Assembly (NCBI GenBank): GCA_002427605.1
Contig: DIRT01000018.1
Span: 1,386 to 65,385, forward strand
Origin: Bacteroidales bacterium UBA5429
GTDB lineage: Bacteria; Bacteroidota; Bacteroidia; Bacteroidales; WCHB1-69
Length of the DNA stretch: 64,000 nt
Reading direction: 5' to 3'
The first letter of the stretch is position 1. Each line of letters starts with the position of its first letter. Below the pieces are notes generated by a model. It had not been told where the DNA came from. It saw only the letters and a list, made by a program, of their open reading frames with translations, and searched no databases. The translations under genes were made by a program, and so were the position numbers. Below, one piece after another: positions 10,145 through 20,070 of this stretch.

Positions 10145-10240
10145 GTGGAACGGTTTTCAGGTTGGAGAAGTGGCTGATTTATAATTACTTACTTTTAATT
10201 TAGTACTAAACTTGCCATTTTGCCAAACTGCTTGTTGTGC
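10145..10240 (-). mobile_element. Solitary integron attC-like site
   Basis: Minus strand GCACAAC-AAGCAG-TTTGG-CAAAA-TGGC...GCCA-CTTCT-CCAA-C-CTG-AAAACC-GTT: an imperfect palindrome bounded by an AAC box and a GTT box, starting 2 nt after a TGA. Confidence 0.6.
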
Positions 10241-10242
10241 GG

Positions 10243-10329
10243 TCACCCTTTTTTATCGTCAATTATTTCTTTTACTTTTTCTTCTAACTGTCTCTGGTCA
10301 GGCAAATACAATTGATTATTAGATATTAT
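10243..10329 (-). pseudogene. C-terminal remnant resembling YhcG/DUF1016 PD-(D/E)xK nuclease
   Basis: My translation, IISNNQLYLPDQRQLEEKVKEIIDDKKG*, recalls the SKYQLYLP..EL tail of DUF1016; no start codon; abuts the attC-like site. Confidence 0.4.
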
Positions 10330-10437
10330 TTAAGGTTTCTTTTTCTTTACAAAGATTTTTTTGTAAATATAAGAACCTACTGCTCCACCTACCAAACCAG
10401 AAATTATTATGATAAGCATATCACATAAAGTTGCCAT
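10330..10437 (-). CDS. 35-aa single-TM small protein
   Basis: My translation: MATLCDMLIIIISGLVGGAVGSYIYKKIFVKKKKP*; hydrophobic GxxxG helix and basic tail; below the ORF-track size cutoff. Confidence 0.45.
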   Translation of the reverse strand: MATLCDMLIIIISGLVGGAVGSYIYKKIFVKKKKP

Positions 10438-10585
10438 AATTTTAAAATAATTTACTAATCCATTTACCTAATTTACCAACAACACCAGTAGAGCCAGTAA
10501 TTGCTCCTATAACAGCGGGTAGTGCATAAGTTCGATACTGTCAACTAGGGCAAGGAACTGTTTCATATCTTTGAATTCTTTTTTG

Positions 10586-10593
10586 CAAAGATA
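10586..10593 (-). promoter_or_regulatory. Bacteroidota primary-sigma -7 element (TATCTTTG)
   Basis: Matches the TAnnTTTG consensus; points toward the small ORFs. Confidence 0.55.
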
Positions 10594-10848
10594 TAATATG
10601 TATTTTTAATAATACAATATGTTTTCATTTTTGTATTCTCTAAAATACATTTTTCGGTTTATAAGTCTTTTAAGAAATCAGAAATATGAAATAGATCTAT
10701 TTAAAAATGTAAATACTTGATATTCAAATATTTCTAAATTCTAAACTCTAAATTCTAAATTTATTCATTCCGCCTTCCGCCTTCAACCTTCCGCCTTCGA
10801 GATAACCCCGAAGGGGTGGCATTATTACTAATACAATGTGTTTTGGTC

Positions 10849-11403
10849 TTAATCAGTTGGAATAAAACAACCTCCTTTGATGTTTGGTGAATGCACTATA
10901 CGTGTTTTTTCGTGTTTTTTGTCGATGAACACAGAATCACCATCGAAAAAAATTTCAACTAAAGAGTTCCAAGGTATCCTTATAGCAAAGTCTTCATTTT
11001 CAAAGTAATAAATGGTCATATAATAGGATTTATTGATCTCCAATTTATCATCGCAAGAGTCTGTTGCATATTCAGAAATAATTGTCCAATCCCAATTATC
11101 TAAGTGATCAGTTATTGCTATCAGATTGTACTTTTTATCGTTAAAATTTACGAAACTATCAATATTGAGTACTTTATATAATCTTTTTATCGAATCAATC
11201 TTAAGCGTAATAAAAGTATCTATTATTTCTTTCGTAGAATCATACAATGCAATTGCACGATCCGGATTATCTGCGTACAAATACCTATATTCCCGATATT
11301 CTTCTCCTATTTTCAAACTATCAACCGGTTCCTGGCAAAATAGATTTCCGCTCGTACTGATCATACACAAAATAGAGACTAAAAGTTTTATTAGATTTTT
11401 CAT
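10849..11403 (-). CDS. Hypothetical secreted protein
   Basis: Signal-peptide-like N-terminus; ATG lies 2 nt after the stop of the upstream gene; no family recognised. Confidence 0.75.
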   Translation of the reverse strand: MKNLIKLLVSILCMISTSGNLFCQEPVDSLKIGEEYREYRYLYADNPDRAIALYDSTKEIIDTFITLKIDSIKRLYKVLNIDSFVNFNDKKYNLIAITDHLDNWDWTIISEYATDSCDDKLEINKSYYMTIYYFENEDFAIRIPWNSLVEIFFDGDSVFIDKKHEKTRIVHSPNIKGGCFIPTD

Positions 11404-11405
11404 TT

Positions 11406-12041
11406 TCAATTACTTTTTATTGTGAGTGATCCATCTTCATTGATCAGATAGTAGAAGTAATCTCGTTCTGCTTTTAAATCCCCATAAGAATTTGTACTTC
11501 TAAATAGTGATATTTCTATATGTGATTCATCTATCTTACACAAAGTTTGTTTATAGATATCTTGTGGGTTATCTTCAATCGTTGGATCCTCAGTTACCAA
11601 GACTTGAGAAAAAACTTCCTTCCCGGAGGAATCTAAAACAGCATAAACAAGGGAACGACTCAGATCCCATGATCCCTTAATATAAAATAAGAGAACGAAA
11701 TTTGATGTTCCCGGCCTTTTAAATGCTCGTAATTTATTAATAGCATAAGAACTTCCAACAATATTCCCATCAACATAAACTAAGAATTTTGATAACTTTG
11801 AAATTGCAGATATGTTTACCAAAAAATTCATTTGTAATTCAAAGTTTGTTGGCTCCAGTTCATCCGTATTATCTCCATAATCCAGATCCGTACAATACAA
11901 CGGAAAATCTGTTCTACAATAAGGTTCTATTAATTGCAAAAATGTAGAATCATTTTCACTTCTTACTTCTTGATTATTAATTGAATGCACATTTTGTTGA
12001 ATGCAAAAAAATAATAAAATTGTCAATAGTTGATATTTCAT
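11406..12041 (-). CDS. Hypothetical secreted protein
   Basis: Signal peptide MKYQLLTILLFFC; 211-aa ORF in very AT-rich DNA; no family recognised. Confidence 0.75.
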   Translation of the reverse strand: MKYQLLTILLFFCIQQNVHSINNQEVRSENDSTFLQLIEPYCRTDFPLYCTDLDYGDNTDELEPTNFELQMNFLVNISAISKLSKFLVYVDGNIVGSSYAINKLRAFKRPGTSNFVLLFYIKGSWDLSRSLVYAVLDSSGKEVFSQVLVTEDPTIEDNPQDIYKQTLCKIDESHIEISLFRSTNSYGDLKAERDYFYYLINEDGSLTIKSN

Positions 12042-12194
12042 CTTATCTGTTGTTTTTGATTCATTTTTGTAAAAATATTCTATATTTTTAAAGGATTATG
12101 CATCGATAAAATATCTTTTCCATCTCGAACAAAGGATTTTAAACTCCAAATATAATTATCCTTAAATTCTAACCCCAAATGGGATTTGATACTG

Positions 12195-12202
12195 CAAAGA
12201 TA
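12195..12202 (-). promoter_or_regulatory. -7 element (TATCTTTG) for the two secreted-protein genes
   Basis: TAnnTTTG consensus on the minus strand. Confidence 0.55.
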
Positions 12203-12507
12203 ATAAAAAAGTCGAAAGTTTTTATTATAAATTGAAAATTGAAAGTTGAGAATTGAAAATGGTCAAACATCTATCGTATCTCATTGATATTCATATCAAT
12301 AGCCATGTCCTTTAGGGCATGGTTGGGAATTAACCCCCAAGATATCAAGGGCATTAGCCCAAATTTATTATAATGTTATCTCTATGGGGTTATTAAAAAG
12401 TCGAAAGTCGAAAGACGAAAGGCGAAAGTTTTTATTATAAATTGAGAATTGAAAATTGAGAATTGAAAATGGCATTTATCTTGCTGATATTCAAATAATT
12501 CAACTCT

Positions 12508-12620
12508 CGTAATTCGTAATTGATCACACATGTCCAAAAAGGTCAAACATTCTAGAGTGGGGTGATGGATTAACAAAAAAGACACCCCAAATCCTGCCCC
12601 CCATTTATTTTAAATTCCAA
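12508..12620 (-). repeat. Dispersed element copy C (inverted relative to A and B)
   Basis: 12554-12602 matches 46600-46648 at 48 of 49 positions; the left arm closely matches copy D. Confidence 0.9.
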
Positions 12621-12715
12621 ATAAGAAATATGAAGTAAGAAGTAATTTTGAAGTCGGAAGGCGGAGGGCGGAAGGCGGAATGAAAAAAATCCGAAATCCG
12701 AAATCCGAAATCTTT

Positions 12716-13525
12716 TTAGTTTTTCTTTTCTCTTTCGGCGTAAATTTCGTCGGTCATCATTTGTTTGAGGACTGAGGGGGAGATGTTTCTGGTGAGTTTT
12801 CCGCCTTTACACCAGGAGATGTGACCGGTTTGTTCTGAAACAATGACGGAGATGGCATCGGTATGGGTGGTTGCTCCGATGGCGGAACGGTGTCGTAAAC
12901 CTAAGTCGGAAGGGATTGATTCATCCTCCGATACCGGCAAAATACATCGTGCAGCGGCGATACGGTGGTTAGCAATAATGACAGCCCCATCGTGAAGCGG
13001 TGAGTTTTTATAGAAGAGATTTTCTAACAATTCCTGGGATACCACAGCGTCAATTTCTTGTCCGGTAGCTAAAAACTCATCCAGTGGATTTTTTCTTGCA
13101 AACACCATTAAAGCACCGGTTCTGCTTGCTGACATTCTTTCACAAGCACGTGTAATAGCTTCCACATCTTCTGCATAGTCTGCGGGAATATTTTTCCCTT
13201 TGATGTAGAAACGTGCCCATTTCAAGACTTCAGTATTGCCCAGATAGAGTAAAAACTTCCTCAATTCCGGCTGGAACACCACAATCAACAGAATCACCCC
13301 GACACTCAGAAACTGTTCGAGGATCACGTTCAGCATATTCAACTGGAAGAGAGAGACTGCTTTCCAAATCACAAAAAGGATCATCAATCCGATAAAAATT
13401 CTCACGGCAGCGGTTCCTTTCAGCCATTTGTAAAACTGAAAAAGAATAAACGCAACCAGAAGAATATCAATCAGGTCGGTGATTTTGAATTGAATAAAAC
13501 TTAAAACGTTCAAATAGAGAGTCAT
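12716..13525 (-). CDS. cdaA: Diadenylate cyclase CdaA
   Basis: Three N-terminal TM helices, FQPELR, HDGAVII, GLRHRSA. Confidence 0.93.
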   Translation of the reverse strand: MTLYLNVLSFIQFKITDLIDILLVAFILFQFYKWLKGTAAVRIFIGLMILFVIWKAVSLFQLNMLNVILEQFLSVGVILLIVVFQPELRKFLLYLGNTEVLKWARFYIKGKNIPADYAEDVEAITRACERMSASRTGALMVFARKNPLDEFLATGQEIDAVVSQELLENLFYKNSPLHDGAVIIANHRIAAARCILPVSEDESIPSDLGLRHRSAIGATTHTDAISVIVSEQTGHISWCKGGKLTRNISPSVLKQMMTDEIYAEREKKN

Positions 13526-13565
13526 TGCAGTTTCCTAAAACGGCTGCAAAGGTACAAAAAAAGAT

Positions 13566-14150
13566 TTAATTTTTAGTTGCAGCGTGGTAACATTTCCGAC
13601 AAAGTGGTTCGTACGCTTCGGTTTCTCCCAGTAGAATCTGTTTATCGTTTTCAATAGTTCTGAAAGAGAAAGAAGCCAGGTTGCCGCATCGAACGCAGAT
13701 GGCATGCACTTTGGTAACATATTCGGCAATCGCCATCAGTCCGGGCATGGGTCCGAAGGGTCTGCCGAGAAAGTCCATATCAAGACCGGAGAGAATGACA
13801 CGAACTCCCTGATTCGCCAGGGTGCGACACACTTCAATGAGTCCATCATCAAAAAATTGAGCCTCATCAATACCTACGACATCCACATCTTCGCTGTTGA
13901 CATAGAGCAGAATTTCAGCGGAATTGACTACAGGTGTTGCCTCTTCTGCTTTTTTGTCGTGGGAAACCATCTCCGAATCCGCATAACGCGTATCGATACT
14001 GGGTTTAAAAAGTTCTACTTTTTGTTTTGCAAAACGAGCTCTTTTAATGCGTCGAATCAGCTCTTCCGTTTTTCCGGAAAACATGGAACCGGTGATTACT
14101 TCAATCCACCCTTGCTTTAGTTTTTTATCGGCTTTATTTTCAAGAAACAT
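13566..14150 (-). CDS. tdk: Thymidine kinase
   Basis: [29 protein letters not shown]...CRKC zinc site. Confidence 0.96.
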   Translation of the reverse strand: MFLENKADKKLKQGWIEVITGSMFSGKTEELIRRIKRARFAKQKVELFKPSIDTRYADSEMVSHDKKAEEATPVVNSAEILLYVNSEDVDVVGIDEAQFFDDGLIEVCRTLANQGVRVILSGLDMDFLGRPFGPMPGLMAIAEYVTKVHAICVRCGNLASFSFRTIENDKQILLGETEAYEPLCRKCYHAATKN

Positions 14151-14279
14151 CTGTAATATAAATGATATTTTTTTTGTATTTTTGACGTTTGATTATGAAA
14201 GAACAAAATTACATTTTTTTTTGATATCTTTTTTCAATAATTGATAAAAATTCAAACCATTAAAAATTGTCGGTTCATT

Positions 14280-15377
14280 ATGGAAAAGCCTACCCGTTTA
14301 ATTGCAAAAGTTATTGAAACACTGAGTGTTATTAATGAAGCTGATGTTCCCTATACTCCTATTGAGAAGGAGATCATCCTACATTATATTCGTGCAGCCT
14401 ACATTCAATTGATTAATGTTCCGGTCTCAGATGAGCTTCCCAATGAGGTCAGATTTTCGTTGGATGCGGAACCGAATGGGGCATCTCAGCAGTTGGAGCA
14501 AGAGTTCAAAGCACAGATTGAGTCGTTAACCAAACAGTTGGAAGAATTGCAGCAAGCAGGTACTGCTTCTCAGGAAGAGGTTGTAGATTTGCGTAATCAG
14601 TTAGAAATAAAAAATGAGGGGGAGAAAAGCCTCACCACTCAACTTCAGCAATTGCAATCGGAAGTGAATCGCTCCAAGGAAGAGCATCAGCAGATGATGG
14701 ATGCACTACAGCAGAAGAATGACACTATTTCGCAATTGCAAACCGAAATAGAGAGCTTGAAAAAAGAAGCGGCTGCTACTTCAGAACCGGTGAGCGAACA
14801 GGTGTCCCCAGAGCGGGAGGAAATGCGGGAGGATCCCCCCAAAATTATTGAAATCCCAAAAGAAACAGAAAAACCTACTGCTACTGAAACTCCTAAAGAG
14901 GAAACAAAAGAAGTAGCACCACAACCACAACCCGGCTTACAGACAGATCTTTTCATGGAAGACGATATTGTGGAGTTTATTCGTCAGGATGATCCGAAAG
15001 AAACGCAACCTGTGTCGCCAAAACCGCAAACTATTCCCTATTTTGAACAGAAAGAGGAACCCAAGAAAGAGAAAAGATCATTGCATGATCTGCTTTCCGA
15101 TAAGAAAGAGGACAACTCAGTGGTGTCTCATTTCCAACAGTCCAAAATTCATGATTTGACCAAAGCGATTACGATTAATGATAAGTTTCTATTTATCAAG
15201 GAGTTATTTAAAGGAAAAGGGGAGGAGTTCAGCAGTGCAATCCAGAAAATCAACAATAGCAGCAATATGGATGAAGCGTTTGGACATATTGATGAGATGA
15301 AAAATTATTATTTCTGGGATACGACAGCGCCTGCTTATTTAACATTTTGTGACTTGGTAAGAAGAAAATTTATATAA
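14280..15377 (+). CDS. Hypothetical protein: coiled coil, acidic linker, conserved C-terminal domain
   Basis: Heptad Q/E/L-rich segment; C-terminal AITINDKFLFIKELF motif seen in Bacteroidota hypotheticals. Confidence 0.8.
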   Translation: MEKPTRLIAKVIETLSVINEADVPYTPIEKEIILHYIRAAYIQLINVPVSDELPNEVRFSLDAEPNGASQQLEQEFKAQIESLTKQLEELQQAGTASQEEVVDLRNQLEIKNEGEKSLTTQLQQLQSEVNRSKEEHQQMMDALQQKNDTISQLQTEIESLKKEAAATSEPVSEQVSPEREEMREDPPKIIEIPKETEKPTATETPKEETKEVAPQPQPGLQTDLFMEDDIVEFIRQDDPKETQPVSPKPQTIPYFEQKEEPKKEKRSLHDLLSDKKEDNSVVSHFQQSKIHDLTKAITINDKFLFIKELFKGKGEEFSSAIQKINNSSNMDEAFGHIDEMKNYYFWDTTAPAYLTFCDLVRRKFI

Positions 15378-15412
15378 ATATTTATTAAAAATTATAAAAA
15401 GATTATTTAATT

Positions 15413-16615
15413 ATGAATAAAAAATTATTATTACTCCTTTTATCAGGGATTATTTTGTTTTCATTTCAACCTCTGTTTGCTCAAGAAAAAGAGGAGGGTT
15501 ATATTTTTACAACACAGAAATCGATTCCGGTTACTTCGGTTAAGGATCAAAACCGATCCGGTACCTGCTGGAGTTTTTCCGGTTTGGGCTTTTTGGAAGC
15601 TGAATTGATTCGGATGGGTAAGGGTGAGTATGACTTGTCGGAGATGTTTATTGTCAACAGAACTTATTTGCACAAAGCAGATATTTACGTTAGAATGCAC
15701 GGTAATTTTAACTTTGGTGGCGGTGGTGCCTTTTTTGATGTATTCAATATGATAAAAATGTATGGTATTGTTCCGGAATCTGCTTATACCGGTTTGTTTG
15801 ATGAGGAAGCCGGACACGTACATGGTGAGTTGGATGCATTAACCAAAGCGTATGTGGATGTGATTGTAAAAAATCCTCAAAAGAAACTTTCTCCACAATG
15901 GAGAAAAGGATTTGAAGCGGTTGTAAACACCTATTTGGGTGAAATTCCATCCGAATTTGAGTATGAAGGCAAAAAATATACACCGGAATCTTTTAGAAAA
16001 GAGTTGGGTTTGAACATGGATGATTATATCAGCATCACCTCCTTCACACACCATCCTTTTTACACCAAATTTGCGATTGAGATTCCCGATAATTGGGCAT
16101 TGGAACAATCCTACAATGTACCTTTGGATGAGATGATGGTTATCATGGAAAATGCAATCAACAATGGATATACTATTGCCTGGGGTGCCGATGTGAGTCA
16201 CAAAGGATTTAACTGGAGAAAAGGGGTTGCCATTATTCCGGAAAAAGATTTTACTTCTACATCAGGATCAGATCGTGCAAGATGGGAAAATTTATCTCAA
16301 AATGAGAGAGATAAAGAGCTTTACACATTTGATAAACCCGGTAAAGAGCAAGAGATTACTCAAGAGATGAGACAGATCGCTTTTGATAATTATACCACTA
16401 CTGATGATCATGGTATGGTTTTAACCGGTATCGCGACAGATCAAGCCGGGAATAAATATTTTATCGTAAAAAATTCATGGGGATTGAAATCGAGCAATCC
16501 TTACGATGGTTATTTTTATGCTTCTTTCCCATTTGTTGAAATGCAAACCATTAACATTATAGTTCATAAAGATGCGATACCTAAAGATATTCGTAAAAAA
16601 TTAAATATTAAATAA
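15413..16615 (+). CDS. C1 family cysteine aminopeptidase (PepC/bleomycin hydrolase-like)
   Basis: [21 protein letters not shown] catalytic motifs; signal peptide. Confidence 0.92.
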   Translation: MNKKLLLLLLSGIILFSFQPLFAQEKEEGYIFTTQKSIPVTSVKDQNRSGTCWSFSGLGFLEAELIRMGKGEYDLSEMFIVNRTYLHKADIYVRMHGNFNFGGGGAFFDVFNMIKMYGIVPESAYTGLFDEEAGHVHGELDALTKAYVDVIVKNPQKKLSPQWRKGFEAVVNTYLGEIPSEFEYEGKKYTPESFRKELGLNMDDYISITSFTHHPFYTKFAIEIPDNWALEQSYNVPLDEMMVIMENAINNGYTIAWGADVSHKGFNWRKGVAIIPEKDFTSTSGSDRARWENLSQNERDKELYTFDKPGKEQEITQEMRQIAFDNYTTTDDHGMVLTGIATDQAGNKYFIVKNSWGLKSSNPYDGYFYASFPFVEMQTINIIVHKDAIPKDIRKKLNIK

Positions 16616-16638
16616 CACTAAAAATTAAGACAAGAAAG

Positions 16639-17853
16639 ATGAAAAAACAACTTATAGATCGTTTTACAAAATATATCTCCTTTGACACGAAGGCAGATCC
16701 TACTTCAGAAACATATCCTTCTACTCATGGACAGTTGGTTTTCGGAGATTATCTCGTTGAAGAGTTAAAACAAATCGGTTTGCAAGAGGTTCGCAAAGAT
16801 GAACATGGTTATGTAACCGCTTTGCTTCCGGCGAATTGTGATGAGAAAGCGCCAACGATTGGCTTTTTGGCTCACATGGATACAGCTCCCGATATGCCGG
16901 GGATTGAGAAACCGGTAATCATTGAAAACTATGATGGGAAAGATATCGTACTTGATAAAGAGAGCAATACTGTCTTATCGGTAGAAGATTTTCCGGAACT
17001 GCTTGATTATGTGGGACAAACCCTGCTGACTACCGATGGCAAAACATTGTTGGGAGCAGATGACAAAGCGGGTATTGCGGAAATCGTAACTGCGATGGAG
17101 TATCTGGTGAAGCATCCTGAGATTAAGCATGGACCAATCAAGGTAGGTTTTACTTTAGATGAAGAGATTGGAAAGGGAGTGATCCATTTTGATGTCGCTT
17201 CTTTTGGTGCTGACTTCGCTTATACCATGGATGGCGGTGGAATTGGAGAGTTGGAGTTTGAAAACTTCAATGCTGCGGGAGCTAAGGTGTTTTTCCAGGG
17301 AAGAAATGTTCACCCCGGTTATGCTAAGAATAAAATGGTGAATGCACAGCTTTTGGCGATGGAGTTCAACGCATTACTTCCGGAATTTGAGAGACCTCAA
17401 TACACTCAGGATTACGAAGGATTTTACTTGTTGATTAGTATGAAGGGAGAGGTGGAAGAGGCTGAATTGCAATATATTATCAGAGATCATGATCAAACGC
17501 TTTTTGAAAACAAGAAGCAGTACTTACTTGATGTGATGAAGTTTATGAATAAAAAATATGGCGAGGGAAGAGTGAGAGTGGAGATCAAAGATCAATACTT
17601 TAACATGAGAAAAATGGTTGAGCCGGTGTATCACATTGTGGAAAGAGCGGAAAAAGCGATGGTTGATGCGGGCGTGAAACCGATTGTAAAACCGATCAGA
17701 GGGGGTACAGACGGAGCCAACCTTTCTTTCAAAGGATTACCTTGTCCCAACATCTTTGCCGGAGGACACAATTTCCACGGGAAATATGAGTTTATTCCTG
17801 TAGAATCAATGGTGAAGGCGGTAGAAGTGATTGTCAATATTGTTAAAATCTAA
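16639..17853 (+). CDS. pepT: Peptidase T
   Basis: [32 protein letters not shown]. Confidence 0.96.
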   Translation: MKKQLIDRFTKYISFDTKADPTSETYPSTHGQLVFGDYLVEELKQIGLQEVRKDEHGYVTALLPANCDEKAPTIGFLAHMDTAPDMPGIEKPVIIENYDGKDIVLDKESNTVLSVEDFPELLDYVGQTLLTTDGKTLLGADDKAGIAEIVTAMEYLVKHPEIKHGPIKVGFTLDEEIGKGVIHFDVASFGADFAYTMDGGGIGELEFENFNAAGAKVFFQGRNVHPGYAKNKMVNAQLLAMEFNALLPEFERPQYTQDYEGFYLLISMKGEVEEAELQYIIRDHDQTLFENKKQYLLDVMKFMNKKYGEGRVRVEIKDQYFNMRKMVEPVYHIVERAEKAMVDAGVKPIVKPIRGGTDGANLSFKGLPCPNIFAGGHNFHGKYEFIPVESMVKAVEVIVNIVKI

Positions 17854-17868
17854 GAGATTATTGCACTA

Positions 17869-18465
17869 ATGCGGCAAATAAAAGTTCTGTTGTTGGGGGT
17901 TTGCATTGCTCTCCTTGCTGTTTCTTGTGTTAAGAAAGGGGATCCCAATTCTGCTAAACCTAAGGGTTACTTCAGGATTGAGATTCCGGAACCTCAATAT
18001 AAAATTTTTGACTCTGTAATCCCCTTTCAATTTGAGAAAAATGAGCTGGCGAAGCTGAAAATTAGTAAAAAAGAACAGGATAATATGTGGATAGACATAG
18101 ATTATCCTTTGTTGAATGCCACTTTTAAGATGACCTCAATCAAGTTTCATAACAATCTGCGCGATTTGATGTATAATGAGGATAAGATGTTGATGTTTCA
18201 TGTGGAGAATCGTAAAGCGGATGATATTCAATATTCGGTCATTGAGGATTCGGAAGCCAGACTGTTTGGTTATATCTATGATATTGAGGGAAAAGGAGCA
18301 GCTACGCCACTCCGATTTTGGGTTACTGACAGTACTTCTCATTTTGTCAGAGGATCACTCTATTTCAACTTTGTTCCCAACAATGACTCTTTACAGCCCG
18401 TAATCCAATATTTAAGAAATGATCTTTTACAAATGATTGAAACCTGGAAATGGAACAAAAAATAA
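17869..18465 (+). CDS. gldD: Gliding motility lipoprotein GldD
   Basis: Lipobox AVSC; KPKGYFRI, ATPLRFWVTDS..HFVRGSLYF, NDSLQP. Confidence 0.88.
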   Translation: MRQIKVLLLGVCIALLAVSCVKKGDPNSAKPKGYFRIEIPEPQYKIFDSVIPFQFEKNELAKLKISKKEQDNMWIDIDYPLLNATFKMTSIKFHNNLRDLMYNEDKMLMFHVENRKADDIQYSVIEDSEARLFGYIYDIEGKGAATPLRFWVTDSTSHFVRGSLYFNFVPNNDSLQPVIQYLRNDLLQMIETWKWNKK

Positions 18466-19517
18466 AAAACAGAAAAAGGTGGTATTGGATAGGGGCTGCT
18501 CTATTACTTGTTGGAATTGTAATAGGAGTAGTGTATCTCTTTTCTCCCCAATCAACAACTCCCAATATGGTGACGGAAAGGGAGGCAAAAAAGATTGAAA
18601 AGCAGATTTCTGTGACCATTTTACGCTATGAACAGGACCTTTTCGGGATCGATTTCAATCATTTTGATGAGGAGATCACGAAGTTAACAGAAAAATATCC
18701 TCCCTATCTGATAGATAAAAAATATGCTCAGGATCCGGAAGTAAAAAAAATGTTACAAGGTTATCTTGATGACCGTTTTATCAAAGATTTGTATTCTAAA
18801 ACTCAAACTTTATTTGCTGATATTGAGCCCTTAAAAGAGGAGTTAAAACAAGCATTTTCGTACTACTTAAACTATTTCCCGGAAGATTCTGTTCCAACGA
18901 TAATCACTATTGTTCCGGGTTTGGATCTTCAGATGCCTTCAGTTTATATTTTTGATCAAATTTTGTACATTAATCTGGATCAATATTTGGGAGCCGGGTA
19001 CACTTATTACACAAAAATGGGAATTCCCAAATATATTACCGAACGGATGGATGCAAAATATATTCCTGTTGATATTTTTAAAAAAGCAATAGTTTATCGA
19101 CATCTTCCTGATAAAGAGCCTGTTACATTATTGGATTGGATGGTTCAAGAGGGTAAAAAGCTCTATTTTACAGAAATGATGTTACCTCAACTACCTAAAA
19201 ACTTAATTATTGGCTATACAGAAGAAAAATTTAAGTGGGCGGAAACTTACTATCCTAATGTATGGGGGCATTTAATAGAACAAAATCAGGTTTTTTCTAA
19301 AAGCGACGATGTGGTGCGCAACATGATAGAGGAATCTCCTTTTACTAAACCGTTTGGAAATGTTTCACCGGGAAGGATGGGACAGTTTATGGGATGGAAA
19401 ATTGTGAAAGAGTTCATGAAAAATAATCCCGAAGTGACACTTGAACAATTAATGAAAATGGAAAATGCTCAAAATATACTAGACAGATCCACATTTAAGC
19501 CCATTATAAAAAAATAA
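18450..19517 (+). CDS. gldB: GldB-like protein
   Basis: YINLDQYLG, EGK.LY, ESPFTK, SPGRMGQFMGW. Confidence 0.75.
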   Translation: MEQKIKNRKRWYWIGAALLLVGIVIGVVYLFSPQSTTPNMVTEREAKKIEKQISVTILRYEQDLFGIDFNHFDEEITKLTEKYPPYLIDKKYAQDPEVKKMLQGYLDDRFIKDLYSKTQTLFADIEPLKEELKQAFSYYLNYFPEDSVPTIITIVPGLDLQMPSVYIFDQILYINLDQYLGAGYTYYTKMGIPKYITERMDAKYIPVDIFKKAIVYRHLPDKEPVTLLDWMVQEGKKLYFTEMMLPQLPKNLIIGYTEEKFKWAETYYPNVWGHLIEQNQVFSKSDDVVRNMIEESPFTKPFGNVSPGRMGQFMGWKIVKEFMKNNPEVTLEQLMKMENAQNILDRSTFKPIIKK

Positions 19518-19524
19518 AAATTTA

Positions 19525-19556
19525 TTTGGCTATTTGAAAATTTTATTCTATCTTTG
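19525..19556 (+). promoter_or_regulatory. ssb promoter (TTTG-N20-TATCTTTG)
   Basis: Both -33 and -7 elements present, with canonical spacing. Confidence 0.7.
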
Positions 19557-19579
19557 CTGTGTACTAAAAACTAACTACT

Positions 19580-20014
19580 ATGTCTGGAATTAACAAAGTG
19601 ATTTTGATTGGCCGACTCGGAAGAGATCCTGAAGTCAGAGCCTTCGAAGGAGGATTAAAGAGAGCTTCCTTCTCATTAGCAACCTCTGAAGTGTACAAGA
19701 ACAAAGAGGGGAACAAAGTGGAACACACAGAGTGGCACAACATTGTGTGTTGGCGTTTTTTGGCAGAGATTGCTGAAAAATATCTAACCAAGGGGAAACA
19801 GATCTATCTTGAAGGTAGATTAAGAACACGCTCTTGGGAGGATAATGGAATTAAGAAGTATACAACTGAAATTGAGGCAACTACTTTCACCATGTTGGGA
19901 ACTAAAGATGATGGAGTTAAACCTACAGCGGAAAAAGTAATTCAAGCACCTCAAGCGGAAGTGGGACCCGCCACGACAGATGAGGATTTTGTAACGGATG
20001 ATTTACCCTTTTAA
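19580..20014 (+). CDS. ssb: Single-stranded DNA-binding protein
   Basis: NKVILIGRLGRDPE, EWHNIV, C-terminal DDLPF. Confidence 0.97.
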   Translation: MSGINKVILIGRLGRDPEVRAFEGGLKRASFSLATSEVYKNKEGNKVEHTEWHNIVCWRFLAEIAEKYLTKGKQIYLEGRLRTRSWEDNGIKKYTTEIEATTFTMLGTKDDGVKPTAEKVIQAPQAEVGPATTDEDFVTDDLPF

Positions 20015-20021
20015 TAGGACC

Positions 20022-20053
20022 AAAAAGAGGAGGTCAAACTCCTCTTTTTTTTT
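20022..20053 (+). terminator. Intrinsic terminator after ssb
   Basis: AAAAAGAGGAG-GTCAAA-CTCCTCTTTTTTTT. Confidence 0.85.
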
Positions 20054-20070
20054 GTAATTTTTTAAAGCAT

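Noticed and set aside
9896-10177. 93-aa plus-strand ORF in the track
   Set aside because: It runs through heptamer arrays, element copy B and the REP insert; the low-complexity translation is a repeat artefact
12382-12585. 67-aa minus-strand ORF in the track
   Set aside because: It lies wholly within element copy C and heptamer arrays (FQFSIFNSQF, FRLSTFDF)
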